A stretch of 64,000 nt of DNA from Squalus acanthias (Eukaryota). The notes under the pieces were generated by a model. The model was not told the DNA's origin. It did no database searches and saw nothing but the letters and a program-made list of their open reading frames with translations. Positions 24,878-37,650 of this stretch are shown here, piece after piece. The stretch spans positions 104,844,001 to 104,908,000 of the forward strand of contig CM059431.1 in assembly GCA_030390025.1 (NCBI GenBank), in the 5' to 3' direction. A program made the translations under genes and the position numbers. Position 1 is the first letter of the stretch, and each line of letters opens with the position of its first letter.

Positions 24878-25263
24878 ATTGCCTGTGGATTCTGTCTACT
24901 GCGACATTGTGAATGTGTACTTGAAGATCCCCTCTGTTTGCTATCACTAGCGAAATCATAAATAGGTTCGAAAAGAAGACATTTACAAACCGATCAATGA
25001 TGGCTGTTGGAGGCAAGTTCAGGGGTACTTCCCAAGATGTTGATGAAAGCAATCTCCTGGTAAGAAGATCTTTTCTGGTTATTATGTGTTAAGAACAACA
25101 TAGGCATCGGAAGATTTCCTGTGATTTCTATCTTTAACAAAGCCATAAACCTATTTTTTTTAGAATGCTTTCAAGATTTTGCTAGAAAAAATGAACATAG
25201 AACACATTCCTGGCATGTTTATAATATCACCAACACATAGTGATCAAAGGAAGAACCCACCCT

Positions 25264-25577
25264 CACAGAATCACAGAATCCCCACAGTGCAGATAGAGGC
25301 CATTTCGGCCCATCGAGCCTGCACCGACACATATCCCACCCTATCCCCGTAACCCCACGTATTTAATCCCCCCCTAACACTAAGGGTCAATTTATCATAG
25401 CCAAATCAACCTAACCCGCACATCTTTGGAAGGAAACCGGAGCACCCGGAGGAAACCCATGCAGGCACGGGGAGAATGTGCAAACTCCACACAGACAGTC
25501 ACCCGAAGGCCGGATTCGAATCCGGGTCCCTGGCGCTGTGAGGCAACAGTGCTAACCACTATGCCACCGTGTTGCCC
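25264..25577 (-). mobile_element. V-SINE (HE1-like)
   Basis: tRNA head gggcaacacggtggcatagtggttagc, V-domain tgtgtggagtttgcacattctccccgtg, CR1-type tail. Confidence 0.88.
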
Positions 25578-26674
25578 CTCTCCCCACTTTCCAGTTCTGT
25601 CATTTGCCTGGTGATTGTCTGGTGCCCGTACTCTTCCAAAGAGATGTTTGAATGAAGTACCATGGCTTCATGCCCATGGAGACAAGATGCTTTCTGTGCC
25701 TAACAGAGGGTCGAAGCCTTGCGTCTCTAGACTCTTGTTGTAAGTGAGAGGAAAAGGAGAGTGACAGACATGCAGGAAGATAGAGATCACGTGAGTAAAT
25801 GGCACAGAGTGGGAGACATCAAGTAAAAAGATGAGTTTAGGGGAAGGAGAGATTGAGAGACAAAGAGTGAAAGACAAAACGAAAGAGAGATAAAAGGGAG
25901 ACAGAAATACAAGACCGAGGGCAGAAGATAGAAATAATTAGAGCGTTGGAGATGAGCAGGTAGTCACAGGAAAAGAGCAACATCAAGGGATTTATAGATA
26001 TGTCATTTCAGTTTTCTTTTAAGAGAAGAGAAAGTAGGGTCAAGGGTTCTAATGCAGCACACCACCACGGTCGAACAGAGGAAAAGACAAGACAGGGTAA
26101 ATCAAAAAGTAGGTGATAACAAGTTTGGGTTTTCAAATCATGAAGATTGTTAAAGGGACAAAAGAGAGAGACATATGACTTGAGTTCCACAATTTTGAGT
26201 TTCCAAGTACACATGAGTTAGAGTAGGAGGCTGAGCAATAAGGCTTCATTTCATTGCAGTGGAGATTTAGGGAGGAGAAAAGCATACGGTATGGAAGAAC
26301 GCTTATAAGGAAGTAAGGAATGCTCCGAGGATACTAACTATAGTACTATCAATAAAACAAAGACAAGAAAGGTTGGAGGCCAGAAGTGAGCTATAACTTG
26401 AAAAACGTTCTCTTGTATCTTTTCCAGGCGTGTGAAGGAGATGCTAAAAATGTCTCCCCGGGTACAGAAGCAATGTTCAATCTTACACAGACTTGGGCTT
26501 TCGAGAGAGGTAAGAGTTACTGAGCAGAAAAAAAAAAATTGGCATGGAAAAGGAAACCAATGGAAGCAGCTTTGACAATGAAAATGTGGGAGGGCATTTG
26601 CGATCAGAGGGGATTGTGAGGCCAGGAACTTTGATAGATGAGAAAGGACAGAGCTGATAGAATTCAGGCCTTTG

Positions 26675-27123
26675 TGTCAGCTGTGGCTCAGTTGGTAGCA
26701 CAGCTGCCTTTGAGCCACTCCAGAGACTTGAACACAAACTCTAGGCTGACGCTCCCAGTGCAGTGCTGAGGGAGTGCTGCACTGTCGGAGGTGCCGTCTT
26801 TCGGATGAGATGTTAAACCGAGGCCCCGACTTCTCTCTCAGTTGGACGTAAAAGATCCCATGGCACTATTTCGAAGAAGAGCAGGGGAGTTATCCCCGGG
26901 TGTCCTGGCCAATATTTATCCCTCAACCAACATCACTCAAACAGATTGTCTGGTCATTATTACATTGCTGTTCATGGGAGCTTGCTGTGCATAAAATTGC
27001 CTGCCGCGTTTCCTACATTACAACAGTGTCTACACTTCAAAAGTACTTAATTGGCTGTAAAGCGCTTTGGGATGTCCTGAGGTCAAGAAAGGTGTTGTAT
27101 AAATGCAAGCCCTTCTTTATTTC
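26675..27123 (+). mobile_element. Deu-domain SINE (SacSINE1-like)
   Basis: Near full-length match to the other copies. Confidence 0.88.
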
Positions 27124-29350
27124 TTTTTATTTTACAATTTCCATTATCCATGATCACTGAAAAGGCATTTTCCATAGATAAGTCCGCAGCCCCTATGATT
27201 GGAAACCCCTTATGCCTGCTGTAAATAGGAGTCGTATGCTGCAGAATTGAAAATTGCCCTTTTACCGAGTTACTTTGCACCAGAGGTTTGCACAGGTCAC
27301 TCACCAATTACTCCTGTCATCTGCAAAAGATAGAAAACACCACGGTTTCAGACTGTATATTTCAGACCAAAAGTAGTAATCAAATTTATTGACTAGATTT
27401 ATAATTACACAGAAGCAAATGAAATACGGCACAGCAATACAAAATGGAAATCCTAACTTTCACATGAATGTTCCTCCAAAATTAGTGACATGAATCTTGT
27501 CATTCATGTGGAAATGACTCATGAAATAATACTGGGCGGCCTGCTGGTGGCGCTGTCCAGGAAGAGTATAAATACTCGGGCATGGGCCCAGCTTGCCCAG
27601 GACATTCTTTAACAGGAACTAGGAAGGACACAACTAAACCTCCATGTTGAAAAACAGTTGATTAAAGCTTTGTTTAACGCTTAGACCAAGTGCCTAGTAG
27701 TTTTCTTACGTCAATGAGAAAGTTTCCAAATTCTTAAAAGTTTTTCTCAAAATGTTTTAAAAGAATCTTTGGGTTTGTAGCATGGGTGTGACTTTGTCCC
27801 ATCTCGCTGCTGGGAAACAAATGGTTGACGCAGAGAACGTGGAAGTTAAGGAATGGCAAAAAATCTGTGAGCCACACCAAGAGCCTCTGAATGAAGAGCT
27901 GTCAATCTCTCAAAGCCATACAACGGCCGGAATTTTCCCGACTGAGTTGGGTCAGGTGCGTGCGGGTCGCGTAGCGGGTCGGTACCACGATGTATTGATC
28001 AGCCCACCCTTCATAGCGACTTTAGCGTGATGGCCCCATTAAGGCAGACATGCGGATTTCCCGGACCTATTAAATGGTGCGGGTCTGATGACATCATCGA
28101 TGACTCATTTCCAGCGAGGATATTTAAAGCAGCCTTGGCCAAATCGCATTTGAAGGTTCATGTAGGGGTGCGGAGGGAACATTGGAGAGGAGTGTCTTGT
28201 TGTTGAGAAATAGAAAAATGAGTTCACAAAGACACAGGGCTGCACCCCGCTTTTCCGATGAATAGCTACACATTCTTGTGGAGGGAGTCCGAGCACGCAG
28301 GGAGGTCCTCTTCCCTGCAGATGGGCAGAAAAGATCTCCCCAAGAGACCAATAGGGCCTGGCTCCAAATTGCTGAGGAGGTCAACAGCAGGGATGTCGTA
28401 AGGAGGACCTGGATACGGTGCAGCAAGCGCCTCAAGGATCTGATGAGATCAGGAAAGGTGAGTGCAAGGCCACACTCACCCTCATCCTGAAGTACCTGTC
28501 AACACCTCCCCATCACTTTGCCTTCCCAAGCCTACTCCTGCACATCATTACTCACACCAACATACCTAGCACGTCCACCCATCCCTCTCTCTCTATGTAC
28601 ATACTCACATCCCCATCTGACTAACCACCCCTCACACTCACACTCATGCTAATGCAATCATACCAACTAACAACACAGAAGGAGGCCATTTGGCATTGAC
28701 ACCACACTCCCTCATAGTCACCCTCTGCAGATGTAACCCACACAATCCTTACACTCATTCCATCAACTCTCACTCAAACTTCTCTTCTTTCCCTCCTTGC
28801 AGGAGGAGAGCGGACAACAACAGGAAGAGAGAGAGAACCGGAGGTGGCCCTCCATCCTTCAGTACTTTAACTGCAGCAGAGGAGGTGGCCCTGGAGGTCT
28901 CAAGAGTTGCAGAGCTGATGGCGGTGGGAGACGGAGAGAGGGGCACCTCTCAGCAAACTGGTGATAGAATTACAGCCACATGGCATACAGCAGTCACTCA
29001 TATGGTGACTGATGTCAACAGCCAGTGAATGTTCATCATGTGCAGAATTGTATCGTTACTCATTCTTAATATAACATTTCTAAATCATCTCTTTACTCTC
29101 CCACAGGTCCAGCAAGAACCACCCCCCCCCCCCCACCCCACTGTCCAGTTGGAGGAGGAAGACGACTCCTCAGAGGAACCTCCAGCCTCTCCGGGTGCAC
29201 CGTCAGCAAGCGCACCCAGCACCAGCGCAGATACGCAAACCTTGGCGGGTCCTATGCGAAATAGAGTAGTGTTGTCACCTGGTGTCTCACAAGTCACAAG
29301 TGTGAGAAGTTGTACAACACCAGGTTATAGTCCAACAGATTTATTTAAAA

Positions 29351-29388
29351 TTACAAGCTTTCGGAGCTGTCGCCCCTTCGTCAGGTAA
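29351..29388 (-). ncRNA. Minimal type I hammerhead ribozyme
   Basis: Exact reverse complement of 29658-29695. Confidence 0.85.
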
Positions 29389-29657
29389 AGGTACAATGAA
29401 GGAATCTACAATATTACACGGTATATAAACACAGAAACTGCAGAGATACAATCTTTCAGGGAAGCATTACTTCAAAGACACACCAGAGCACAGCCAAGAC
29501 AATGAGATGGATCACAGGGGGTCCAACGTGTCAAATCCTGCTGTCTGCAGTTGAGCTTTTAACTTTTTTTTAGTTTTTTTTTGTGTTTTGTGTTTTTTTT
29601 GTGTTTTTTTTAAAACTGAATATACCGTATAATATTGTAGATTCCTTCATTGTACCT

Positions 29658-29695
29658 TTACCTGACGAAGGGGCGACAGCTCCGAAAGCTTGTAA
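29658..29695 (+). ncRNA. Minimal type I hammerhead ribozyme
   Basis: TTAC-CTGACGA-A-GGGGC-gaca-GCTCC-GAA-AGCT-T-GTAA: stem I TTAC/GTAA, stem II, palindromic stem III AGCT. Predicted cleavage after 29691. Confidence 0.85.
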
Positions 29696-30837
29696 TTTTA
29701 AATAAATCTGTTGGACTATAACCTGGTGTTGTGCGACTTCTCATTGTCCACCCCAGTCCAACACCGGCATCTCCGCATCAAGTCACAAGTGAGCAAGAGC
29801 AGGTGGTGTTGACAGGGACAGCAGTGGAGACTCCTCGCCGGAGGGCGCAGGGCACTCCCAGCTCTGCTCAGCTGCATGCAGACGCTGAGCCTCGGGGGCC
29901 ATCCAGAAAGAGGGCGATCCTGGAGGGGCAGCAAGGCCTGCAGGAGGCTCTGGCAGCGTTTGCAGCCGCGATGTCTGAAAATGTGCAGAGAATGGAGGAG
30001 TCCATCTCCAACATGAGCACCACCATGTTGCAGGTGATGGCGACTGTAGGCTCTTCCATGGAAAAGATGGCCATCTGCGTGGAGCAGCTAATGCGCCACT
30101 CACATGAGCACATGTTAGCTATGGAGAATAGATGGCAGGGGCTCATAGACCTCCTCTCTAGGAGGGATGTAAACGTAGATGTGGGTCCTCGTGGCCCCAC
30201 TGATGTGCGGCAAGGTGCTCTCCAGCTCTTTGCTAGTAGGGAAGTGCGGGTGGCCCATGAGAGGGATGATGGTGAGAGGGGACATGCAAGTGGGGGCTCC
30301 TCTCAAAGCGCTCACACTTCTCTTTCATTGCCACCCCCCCCTTAGTCAGAGCCCCAGATGCTTCCTCGGATCGCGATGACCGAGTCTGCCCCTGCACAGT
30401 CGCAGGTGGAGCAGACTTTGGCGGGGCCATCACAGGCTCCAAAATCCAGAGGACGTCCGCCAAAAGTGTCAAAGCAGTCGCAGCAGGGCACTGAGCAGGC
30501 TGCCTCTACCTCTGCTGAAGCCACAGGGGGTGCACCTCGTAGAAGCACACGTAAAAGAAAAATGACACAAAAGTAGATTCACAAGGGTGAGCACATGGGT
30601 GTATAAAGAAGTGTTATTAAGGTTCCGTTACTGTTATGACACATATAAAAGTATTTATTTTCACCACTTTCCGGCCATGCCCATTTATGTCTGCTACTTT
30701 GGAAGTGGCTTTGTGAGTTGGAGTGAATGGTGAGACATAACGTAACCTCCAGCAATGGGGGTCAGTGTGAAAGGAATGGCTTGCTCATTGTAGGGATTCT
30801 TTCTGGTGTTGCTGAGGGTGGGGAATGGGTGGGGCGG

Positions 30838-30916
30838 AGCAGTGCCTCTGTACTGCACTGACGTGTTAGCCTCAGTCGTGTGCTCATATCTTTGGAGTGG
30901 GACTTGAATCCATGAT

Positions 30917-30956
<40 letters not shown>

Positions 30957-30963
30957 GCTGACA
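30838..30963 (-). mobile_element. Deu-SINE head fragment
   Basis: Reverse complement of tgtcagctgtggctcagtgggtagcac. Confidence 0.8.
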
Positions 30964-31009
30964 ATAAGAAGTTAAAGAGATAAGCTTTCTGATGTATGTT
31001 GTGAACATA

Positions 31010-31437
31010 GGGCAACACGGTGGCATAGTGGTTAGCACTGGTGCCTCACAGCGCCAGGGACCCGGGTTCGAATCAGCCTCGGGTGACTGTCTGTGTGGAG
31101 TTTGCACATTCTCCCCGTGTCTGCGTGGGTTTCCTCCGGGTGCTCCGGTTTCCTCCCACAGTCCAAAAATGTGCGGGTTAGGTTGATTTGGCTATGATAA
31201 ATTGACCCTTAGTGTTAGGGGGGGATTAAATATGTGGGGTTATGGGGATAGGATGGGATATATTAGGGGGAATTAAATAGGTGGGGTTACGGGGGTAGGG
31301 GGGGATATGTGTACTGTGGGGATTAAAGCAGGGACAGGGTACTGGATTTGGATGATCAGCCATGATAGTATTGAATGGTGGAGCAGGCTCGACGGGCCGA
31401 ATGGCCTACTCCTGCTCCTAGATTCTATGTTTCTATG
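31010..31437 (+). mobile_element. V-SINE (HE1-like) with CR1-type tail
   Basis: Same head and V-domain as 25264-25577. Tail ttctatgtttctatg. Confidence 0.88.
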
Positions 31438-32099
31438 AACAAACTTCCAAGGAGAAGGAAAGATGGACCGGGAGTTTTGATGACATGGCCGAGGAAAATT
31501 GTAAGTTCCATGCCTATATTTTACGTATGATGGAAGGATTGTGATCAGGACCAGGGATCTATTGCAGTTCTGGGAGCAGTGAACGCAAGCTACCTGGTTG
31601 GGACAAAGCATGAAGCCAATCATAGTGGTCAAAGAGAATGGGGGAATGGAACAAGGTTCTTTATCAGGATTATCAAGATTTGAGCCAGAGAACATAAGCA
31701 TTAGGAGCAGGAGTAGGCCATACGGCCCCTCGAGCCTGCTCCAAGAAGAAAAGCAAGCCATAAAGGTCAGTTTTCTCTTTAGGAAAGCGAGCAGTTGAAC
31801 CATCAGGAAGGCAGAGGGGTGGGAAGGAGGTTCATGGTAGTTACGAGAAACAGCAGTGGCAAGGGACCAGAAGGAGCAGCTGGTGCAAGGACACCTTGGT
31901 CGAGGCTGCTTTCCAATAATTTGTGTTTAACTGTTCTGATATTGGATTTACAGAAGTTATCGGCAGAGATAACGATGTTTTGGGATACTTCAGATTGCTC
32001 AAGGTGGTAGTTTGATTGGCAGAATTTTTAAAACAGGCATGATTGCAACAAGATGCAGTGCCAGATCTAACAGAACTCGAAGAGTGAGCTATGTCAATC

Positions 32100-32645
32100 C
32101 TTGATCATCTTGCCATATTGTGTGCCCTTCTGGGCACCACACTTTCAGAAGGGTGTCAAGGCCCCGGAGAGGGGACAGAGGAGGTTTACCAGGATGATAC
32201 CAGGGATGAGGGGCTTCAGTTATGTAGAGGGATTGGAGAAGCTGGGATTACTATCCTTAGAGCAGAAAAGGTTAAGGGGAGACCGAATAGAGGCGTTCAA
32301 AATGATGAGGGATTTTGATAGAGCAAGCAGGGAGAAATTATTTCCTCTGGCAAGTGGGTCGGTAACCAGAGGTCATAGATTTAAAATAATTGGCAAAAGA
32401 ACTAGCGGGGAAATGAGGAGAAATGTCTTCACAGAGAGCTTTGCTATGATCTGGAATGCACTACCTGCAAGGGCAGTGGAATCAGATTCCATCAGAACTT
32501 TTAAAAGGTAATTGGACATGTATTTGAAGAGGACTAATTTGCAGGGCTATGGGGAAAAAGCTGGGGAGTGGGATTAATTGGAGAGCTCTTTCTAACAGCC
32601 GGCACAGGCACGACGGGCCGAATGGCCTCCTTCTGTGCCGTAAGA
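32100..32645 (+). mobile_element. CR1 LINE 3' fragment
   Basis: ORF 32101-32511 encodes the CR1 ORF2 C-terminus. Confidence 0.88.
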
Positions 32646-33034
32646 TCGTTTTCTTGACGTTTCTCACTTTTTTCTCTTTGTTGGGAGGAGGTTAAGTTCT
32701 CTTTTTGTTTACCCTCTCCTACTTAGGTCAGCCTATGACATACCCAAAGCCTCTGCCGCTAACACTTTGTAACCCATCATTAGATACTACCCTGGGGGCC
32801 AGGGTGACTCATCTTCCAGGTTTCTCTCCCTCACTGGTCAATTGTGACCTTGTCTTCTGTTAGAATGTGAACTCACTTTTGCGGGGAATTGCGGTCACTG
32901 ATCCTTATTCAATTTTTTCATTCTGCATTTAATTGGCATGTCAATGCACTTGCCACAACACCACCTATTGTCCTACATGTTTCCTGGATATACCCTCAAG
33001 TGACAATTTACCATGAAATATTGGGGACAGTTAC

Positions 33035-33955
33035 ATAGAATTACATGGAACATAGATTCATAGAATCATTAAATAATACAGCACAGAGGAGGTCATTCAG
33101 CCCATCGTGTCCGTGCCGGCACTTTGAAAGAGCTAGCCAAGTCGTTTCACTCCCCTTCTCTTTCCCCAAAGCCCTGCAAGTTTCTCCTTTTCCAGTATAT
33201 ATCCAATTCCCTTTTGAAAGTTACTATTGAATCTGCTTCCACCGCCCTTTCAGGTATTACATTGCAGATTGTAACAACTCGCCGCATGGAAAAAAAAACT
33301 CTGCTCAATTTCCCGATGATCATTTTGCCAATTATCTTAGAATGTACAGCACAGAAACAGGCCATTCGGCCCAACTAGTCTGCGCCGGTCTTTATACTCC
33401 ACACGAGTCTCCTCCCTTTCCATCTGCCTCATCTCAGCCTTCCAGCATATCTTTCTATTCCCTTTTCTCTCATGTACTCGTCTAGTTTCCTTTTGAAAGC
33501 ATCTAAGCTATTCGGCTCAACCACTTCCTGCGGTCGCGAGTTCCACATTCTAACCACTCTCTGAGTAAAGACATTTCTCCTTATTTCCCTATTGGATTTA
33601 TTAGTAACTATCTTGTATTTATGGCCCCTGGTTTTGGGTTGTCCCACAAGTGGAGACCTTCTCTCCACATCTACCCTGTCCAACCCATTCATAATTTTAA
33701 AGACCTCTATCAGGTCCTAACCTAAGTCTTCCCTTTTCCAAAGATAAAGCCCCTGTTCAATCTTTCCCGATAGCTGTAATCTCTCGGTTCTGGTACTATC
33801 CTTGTAAATCCTTTTTGCACTTTCTCCAGTGCTTCTCTGTCCTTTTTATAGTACGGAGACCAGAACTGTACACAGTACTCTTGAGTGCGACCTGACCTGA
33901 CCAGGGTCCTATATAAGTTTAACATAACTTCTCTACTTTTGAATTTTATAGCCCT
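33035..33955 (-). mobile_element. Two adjacent CR1 3' fragments (about 33035-33320 and 33340-33955)
   Basis: ORFs 33147-33374, 33429-33692 and 33722-33925 carry CR1 motifs; two tails are present. Confidence 0.85.
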
Positions 33956-33997
33956 ATAAAACGTTTCTTAGAGTTTTCCAAAAAATAGTAAAGAAAT

Positions 33998-34757
33998 GGT
34001 GAAGAAATTCCGATTCCTACGGGTGTGTACGCGCTGTGTACTCACCCGTAGGGACATCGGAAATGCCGGTTTCAGGCATGCACTGCGCATGCGCTGGAAA
34101 CCGGCATTTCCGACCTGTCAAGAAAGCTCTTGACAGATCATCCGGCTGCCCGGGAGAAGGGCCTCTGCGGGTGGAGAGTTCCGTTTTTTGGAGACCCTCC
34201 GCCCGCAGAAAACCCTGACAATTCTTGCGCCTGGTAAAAGCAGGGGTAAGGCCTGCTTTTACCAGGATAAGAGCTGAAAAAAGTTTTTAAAAAATGTTTC
34301 CACTGATTTATCATTTAAAAATACTTTAAAGAAAGGTAAGTTTATTTTTAGCCCCGTTAAAAACTATAATTATTTTTTTCAAAAAATACAATTTTTGTTT
34401 AAAATACTTAATTTATTGTAATTTAAAGTCATTTTAAAAATGTGATTTTTTAAAAAAAAAATTATTTAAAGTTTTACTATGTTTTGGGGGTGATCTCCAT
34501 TCATATATTTGACAGGTCTTCCTGTCAAATGTATGAAGGGAGATTCCCTTCTCTGATTGGCTCCCCATGGCCCACGTGATCCCAGGGACGCTGCGAACCG
34601 CCTGTGCCTCTGAGATACGTGGGCCCTGCGCACCGGCAGTTTGGAGAGGCCCAGCAGCGGAACTCTGTGCCTCCCGGGAGCCCTCCGGTCCAGGCACAGA
34701 TTTTTCCAGATCGCAGCCCTCCGCCCGCGGGAGGCCTGCGATCGGAAGTTCTGGGCC
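33998..34757. mobile_element. Harbinger-type MITE, inverted relative to 38822-39531
   Basis: Ends GGTGAAGAAATT / AAGTTCTGGGCC. GC-rich arms around an AT-rich core. Homologous to 1-320. Confidence 0.75.
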
Positions 34758-36602
34758 ATTAATATTAATAATTAATATTAATATATTCTGCATCCCTTTG
34801 CCCGCCCGTTTTCAGACATTATCGAGGGCGGATGCAAGAGGGAAATGTGCCAGGGATCCATTCTGCCAGCTCCCACCACTTCCAGGATTACCCTCTGGAA
34901 GAGATGGTGGAGAGGTAGTGAAGATGCCCCTCTTGTTTGAACAGATCTATTGGAACCCCGTTAGCCAGAATTTCCGGCATTACTGGCAAGTTGTGCCAAA
35001 ATGTTCGCCAAAATTGACATCGATCTCGCCGTCGGCAAGTTACGCCGAAAGCTTCCTGCGAGTTTCATGAGCATAGGGCAGAACATTAAATCGGGCCTCA
35101 AGCAGGCAGAAATCAGCGATCAGGGTCCCGAGGAAAGCGTGGAACTTGTGCCATGTTCCTTCTTTAAGTCCCTTCCTTATGTATGAAAAATTAAAGTTTG
35201 AAGCCTCCAGGCTATCCTTTATGCACATTAGGCACAGACCATGTTCAAGAAAATGCAATCAAAGCAGCTTTTCAATTTTTAATGTAGCTCATTCTGATGC
35301 AAGTCATTCAAAGATGCAGAAAGTACAGCACAGGCCTCAGTGAGGAGAATTTTTGTTTAAAGTTACTTAAAAAAAAACCCCACCATAAAACAGCAGAGTC
35401 ATGACTTTGGGTCCTGCTTCACCTAACAATACAGGCATAAATTTTCAGCCTGTTCAGAACTGGCGTAAATGCTGGAAACTCACGTTGCAAGGTGTATGTG
35501 TGTGGAGGTGGGGGGAGGCGGGGGGTGGGGGGGTGGTGCGGAGGGGATGTAGGCAGAGCTATACGAACAATGACAGGCAGGTAAAGACCCTCTGGTCCCC
35601 CATCCAGCCTGTCCCACATTATTGTGACAATATGTACACTCTCCTCCTCACCCAAAAACCATGGGATCTCCTGGGAGAGGCGAAGAGCTAGATAAAAACC
35701 CAGGCCAATTTGGAGGGGGAAAAAATCTGGGAAATTCCTCTCCGACCCATCTCGGCGATGGAAACTAGTCCAGGAGATCACTCTGGCCCTGAATTCCCTG
35801 CAGTGCCTACCCTTCTGTAAGAGGTGATCTCCGCCCCAGCCAGAAACAGGTCCAGCTCTCGCTTGAAGGAATTCAGTGAATCGGCGTCCACCACACGAGA
35901 TGGCAGCCTGTTCCCGAGGTTCACTATTCTCTGGGAAAAGAACCACCTCTTGACATCTACGTTAATGAGTGGTGGAGTGTTTCAGCAGAGCTTTCAATGA
36001 CTAGGCACCAAAGATCGAGGAAACTCGGGCGTGTCGTAAAAAATGGGTTGAAGTCGCTTATGCCCAAATTTCCTCGATCTTCAGTGTTGAAAATCAGCAT
36101 TACGCCGTATCTACACCGCTGTTTCGGCACAAGTTTTTAGGAAATTCCGGGCCATATGTACTGCATGAACTACCCAGATGAATGTGTGAAGGATTTGAAA
36201 CAAGCTTCATACTTTTATGGATTCTAGACTGTATTAAAAACACAAACAGAAGCCAATGACTGAAGATCAGCACATCTATTGTGGAGAAACTAAGGCAGAC
36301 ACTGAAATAATACGGGTTTAACCCTGGAAATCAGTAAAATGGACTTTTGTTCCACAGTCATTTCTTTGGTTGAATGCTGAACAATGTATGCTGCACCACC
36401 ACAGCACAGGATTTGATGAAGTAGATCTGAGATTAGTGAGTGCAGTTAAAATGAAGCTGTGTGTTTTGGGGATGTGGCAATGAGCCTGTAAGAGGTTAGT
36501 CCACAGATTCGATGGTACAGTTCTCGTTAAACGTGGGACAGGTATTGCAAAAGCTTCATGGAATTTTTCTCCTGAGTTGAGGTAACAATGTAGCTTTGGA
36601 TT

Positions 36603-37470
36603 ACAACAACAACAACTTGCATTTATATAGCACCTTTAACGTAGTAAAATGTCCCAAGGCGCTCCACAGGAGCGATTATTAGACAAAATCTGAGACCGAG
36701 CCACATAAGGAGATATTAGGGCAGATGACCAAAAGCTTGGTCAAAGAGGTAGGTTTTAAGGAGTGTCTTAACGAAAGAGAGGCCGAGAGGTGGAGAGGTT
36801 GGGGTGGTGGTTTGGGGGGTTTGCATTCCAGAACTTAGTGCCTCGGCTGCCAATGATGGAGCGATTATAATCGGTGATGCGCAAGAGGCTGTTCTTTCAT
36901 CGTCGCTGGGTCAAAATCCTGGCACTCCCTCCCTAACAGCACTGTGGGAGTACCTTCACCACATGGACTGCAGCTGTTCAAGAAGGCGGCTCACCACCAC
37001 CTTCTCAAGGGCAATTAGGCATGGGCAATAAATGCTGGGCCTTGCCAGCGACGCCTACATCCCATAAACAAATTTTTAAAAAGGCCACAATTAGAGGAGC
37101 GCAGAGATCTGTGGGGGGGGGGGCGGGGGATTGTGGGGCTGGAGGAGGTTACAGAGATAGGGAGGGGCGAGCCACAGAGGGATTTGAAAACAAGGATGAG
37201 AATTTTTTTTTAATCGAGTCATTGCTCAACCGGGAGCCAATATAGGTCAGCGAGCACAGGGGTGATGGGTGAACGGGAATTGGTGCGAGTTAGGACACGG
37301 GCAGCCGAGTTTTGGATGAGCTCAAGCTTATGGAGGGTGGAAGATGGGAAGTTGGCCAGGAGAGCGTTGGAATAGTCAAGACTAGAGGTAACAAAGGTAT
37401 AGATATAGGTTTCAGCAGCAGATGAGCTGAGGCAAGGGCGGAGACGGGCGAAGTTATGAAGGTGGAAGTA
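36603..37470 (-). mobile_element. L2 LINE 3' fragment, containing another non-LTR 3' end at about 36890-37080 (plus strand)
   Basis: ORF 37219-37488 FVTSSLDYSNALL..LELIQNSAARVL..ITPVLADLYWLPV matches L2 ORF2. (CAA)n tail. Confidence 0.85.
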
Positions 37471-37650
37471 ATAGATTACTGGTTTCAACCAGCTGCCTTA
37501 AGCAACCACAAATAACACTGGCGCACTTCAAAAGCAGTCCACAGAAGGGCTTGAGATGTTTTGATGTGATGGGGCACTATATAAAAGAAAATATTACTAT
37601 TATACCTGACGATTAAATCAGCTTCTTGGCTGGCTAAGATTTAGACACAT

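Larger units (their letters stand above)
29303..29778. mobile_element. Non-coding fold-back Penelope-like insertion with inverted terminal-repeat copies
   Basis: 124-bp inverted arms at 29303-29426 and 29620-29743. 13-bp TSD CAAGTCACAAGTG at 29290-29302 and 29779-29791. Confidence 0.88.
28218..30576 (+). pseudogene. Harbinger Myb/SANT partner gene; exons 28218-28457, 28803-28960, 29107-30576 (PLE inserted in exon 3)
   Basis: RAAPRFSDE*LHILVEGV..AWLQIAEEV..RTWIRCSKRLKDL, then RERTGGG. Reading frame is restored on removing 29303-29778 plus one TSD. Premature stops present. Confidence 0.85.
27925..30660 (+). mobile_element. Second Harbinger element, left half only
   Basis: Left TIR-like GGCCGGAATTTT at 27925, TATTTAAA at about 28121, Myb/SANT gene. 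No right TIR or linked transposase found. Confidence 0.75.

Noticed and set aside
26428..26509. Exon-like segment with good splice sites
   Set aside because: Embedded in a purine-rich stretch resembling a decayed antisense L2 ORF2, with no independent support.
31480..31620. Possible extra Harbinger transposase relic (CDQD..AVNASY..HEA, plus strand)
   Set aside because: Too short and degenerate to support, and its orientation does not fit the adjacent Harbinger half.
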